Assembly: GCA_965219535.1 (NCBI GenBank)
Contig: CBDCNV010000001.1
Location: forward strand, 30,001-62,000
DNA: 32,000 bases
Direction of reading: 5' to 3'
From: Opitutales bacterium
GTDB taxonomy: Bacteria; Verrucomicrobiota; Verrucomicrobiia; Opitutales; PNEW01
Below the pieces are notes generated by a model, which saw nothing but the letters and a program-made list of their open reading frames with translations, was not told the origin of the DNA and did no database searches. Numbering within the stretch: the first letter of the stretch is position 1; each line of letters starts with the position of its first letter. Positions 31,567 to 32,000 of this stretch are shown here, one piece after another. The translations under genes were made by a program, and so were the position numbers.

Positions 31567-32000
31567 ATGTCACAAAAAGCACCAGGCAAAGCATTTCGGA
31601 CCGGCATTTCTCTTCGCAAAGTCTTTCAAATGTTCCCAGATGATGCAACGGCGGAAGCGTGGGTTATCAAGGTGCGGTGGCCGGACGGAGTGACCTGCCC
31701 TTACTGTGATTCTACCAAGGTGCAAGACGGGGCCAAGCATCCGACCATGCGGTTCCGGTGCCGAGGCGGAAACGGAAAACGCTGCTACAAATTCTTCTCG
31801 CACCGCACCAAGACCCTAATGGAAGGCTCCAAGCTCGGGCCTCAAACGTGGGTGCTCGCCACTTATTTACTTTCGACCGGCATTAAGGGTACATCCAGCA
31901 TGAAGCTGCACCGCGACTTGGATATCAGTTATACGGCAGCCTGGTACCTGTCACACCGGATTCGAGAGGCATGGGAAAAAGGGAATGGTCTCTTCTCAGG
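31567..32000 (+). CDS. IS1595-family transposase, N-terminal part (runs off the right edge)
   Basis: Not in the ORF track because it is open-ended. My translation from ATG 31567: MSQKAPGKAFRTGISLRKVFQMFPDDATAEAWVIKVRWPDGVTCPYCDSTKV..RFRCRGGNGKRCYKFFSHRTKTLMEGSKLGPQTWVLATYLLSTGIKGTSSMKLHRDLDISYTAAWYLSHRIREAW. This is the typical zinc-ribbon/HTH N-terminus of IS1595/ISXO2-like transposases. Confidence 0.8.
   Translation, partial: MSQKAPGKAFRTGISLRKVFQMFPDDATAEAWVIKVRWPDGVTCPYCDSTKVQDGAKHPTMRFRCRGGNGKRCYKFFSHRTKTLMEGSKLGPQTWVLATYLLSTGIKGTSSMKLHRDLDISYTAAWYLSHRIREAWEKGNGLFS

Noticed and set aside
31511-31803. ORFs 31511..31693(+) and 31570..31803(-)
   Set aside because: Both are wrong frames over the IS1595-type transposase reading frame, which starts at 31567 and stays open to the window edge.

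Overview
The gene content suggests a marine glycan-degrading bacterium of the PVC type (Verrucomicrobiota, Kiritimatiellota or Lentisphaerota-like). This is inference only; no database search was possible. The window has three blocks.

(1) 1-3257: a tightly packed minus-strand run (NTF2-like partial ORF, NUDIX hydrolase, nucleotidyltransferase-fold protein, Cof-type HAD phosphatase), a small secreted ORF and a receiver-only response regulator.

(2) 3490-22307: the core catabolic block. It holds an SDR, a split TPP decarboxylase (ComD/ComE-like), a BNR sialidase-like protein, a Gfo/Idh/MocA oxidoreductase, two D-2-hydroxyacid dehydrogenases and two large FG-GAP/ASPIC-UnbV proteins. It also holds a sulfatase without a signal peptide, an Ldh_2-family dehydrogenase, a PfkB (KDG-kinase-like) kinase, a second SDR and an MDR reductase. 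The most unusual thing in the window is non-coding. Almost every spacer in this block is filled by the same ordered mosaic of short repeat families. Period-7 CGATTG/CAATCG arrays bracket each spacer, and between them lie ~108-bp GTCATTGCGAGG palindromes, GGTGGAACGGGCTGTCCCAGCACGC inverted pairs, a 32-mer ATCTTGTGTTTTTTGTGCCTCTTGTGGCTATC and several smaller units.

(3) tRNA-Phe(GAA) at 22680-22755 is followed by a degraded accessory island. It contains a decayed IS3-family copy carrying three short insertions related to the spacer repeats, an intact IS3-family element with an A_AAA_AAC frameshift site, other transposase debris and an orphan 3' tRNA(CAU) fragment. It also contains an IS1595-type transposase running off the right edge. 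Two secreted proteins there have unrelated N-termini (S1 protease versus lectin-like/Ig-like domains) but share a ~275-aa uncharacterised C-terminal module.

No CRISPR array, rRNA or recognisable defence system was seen.
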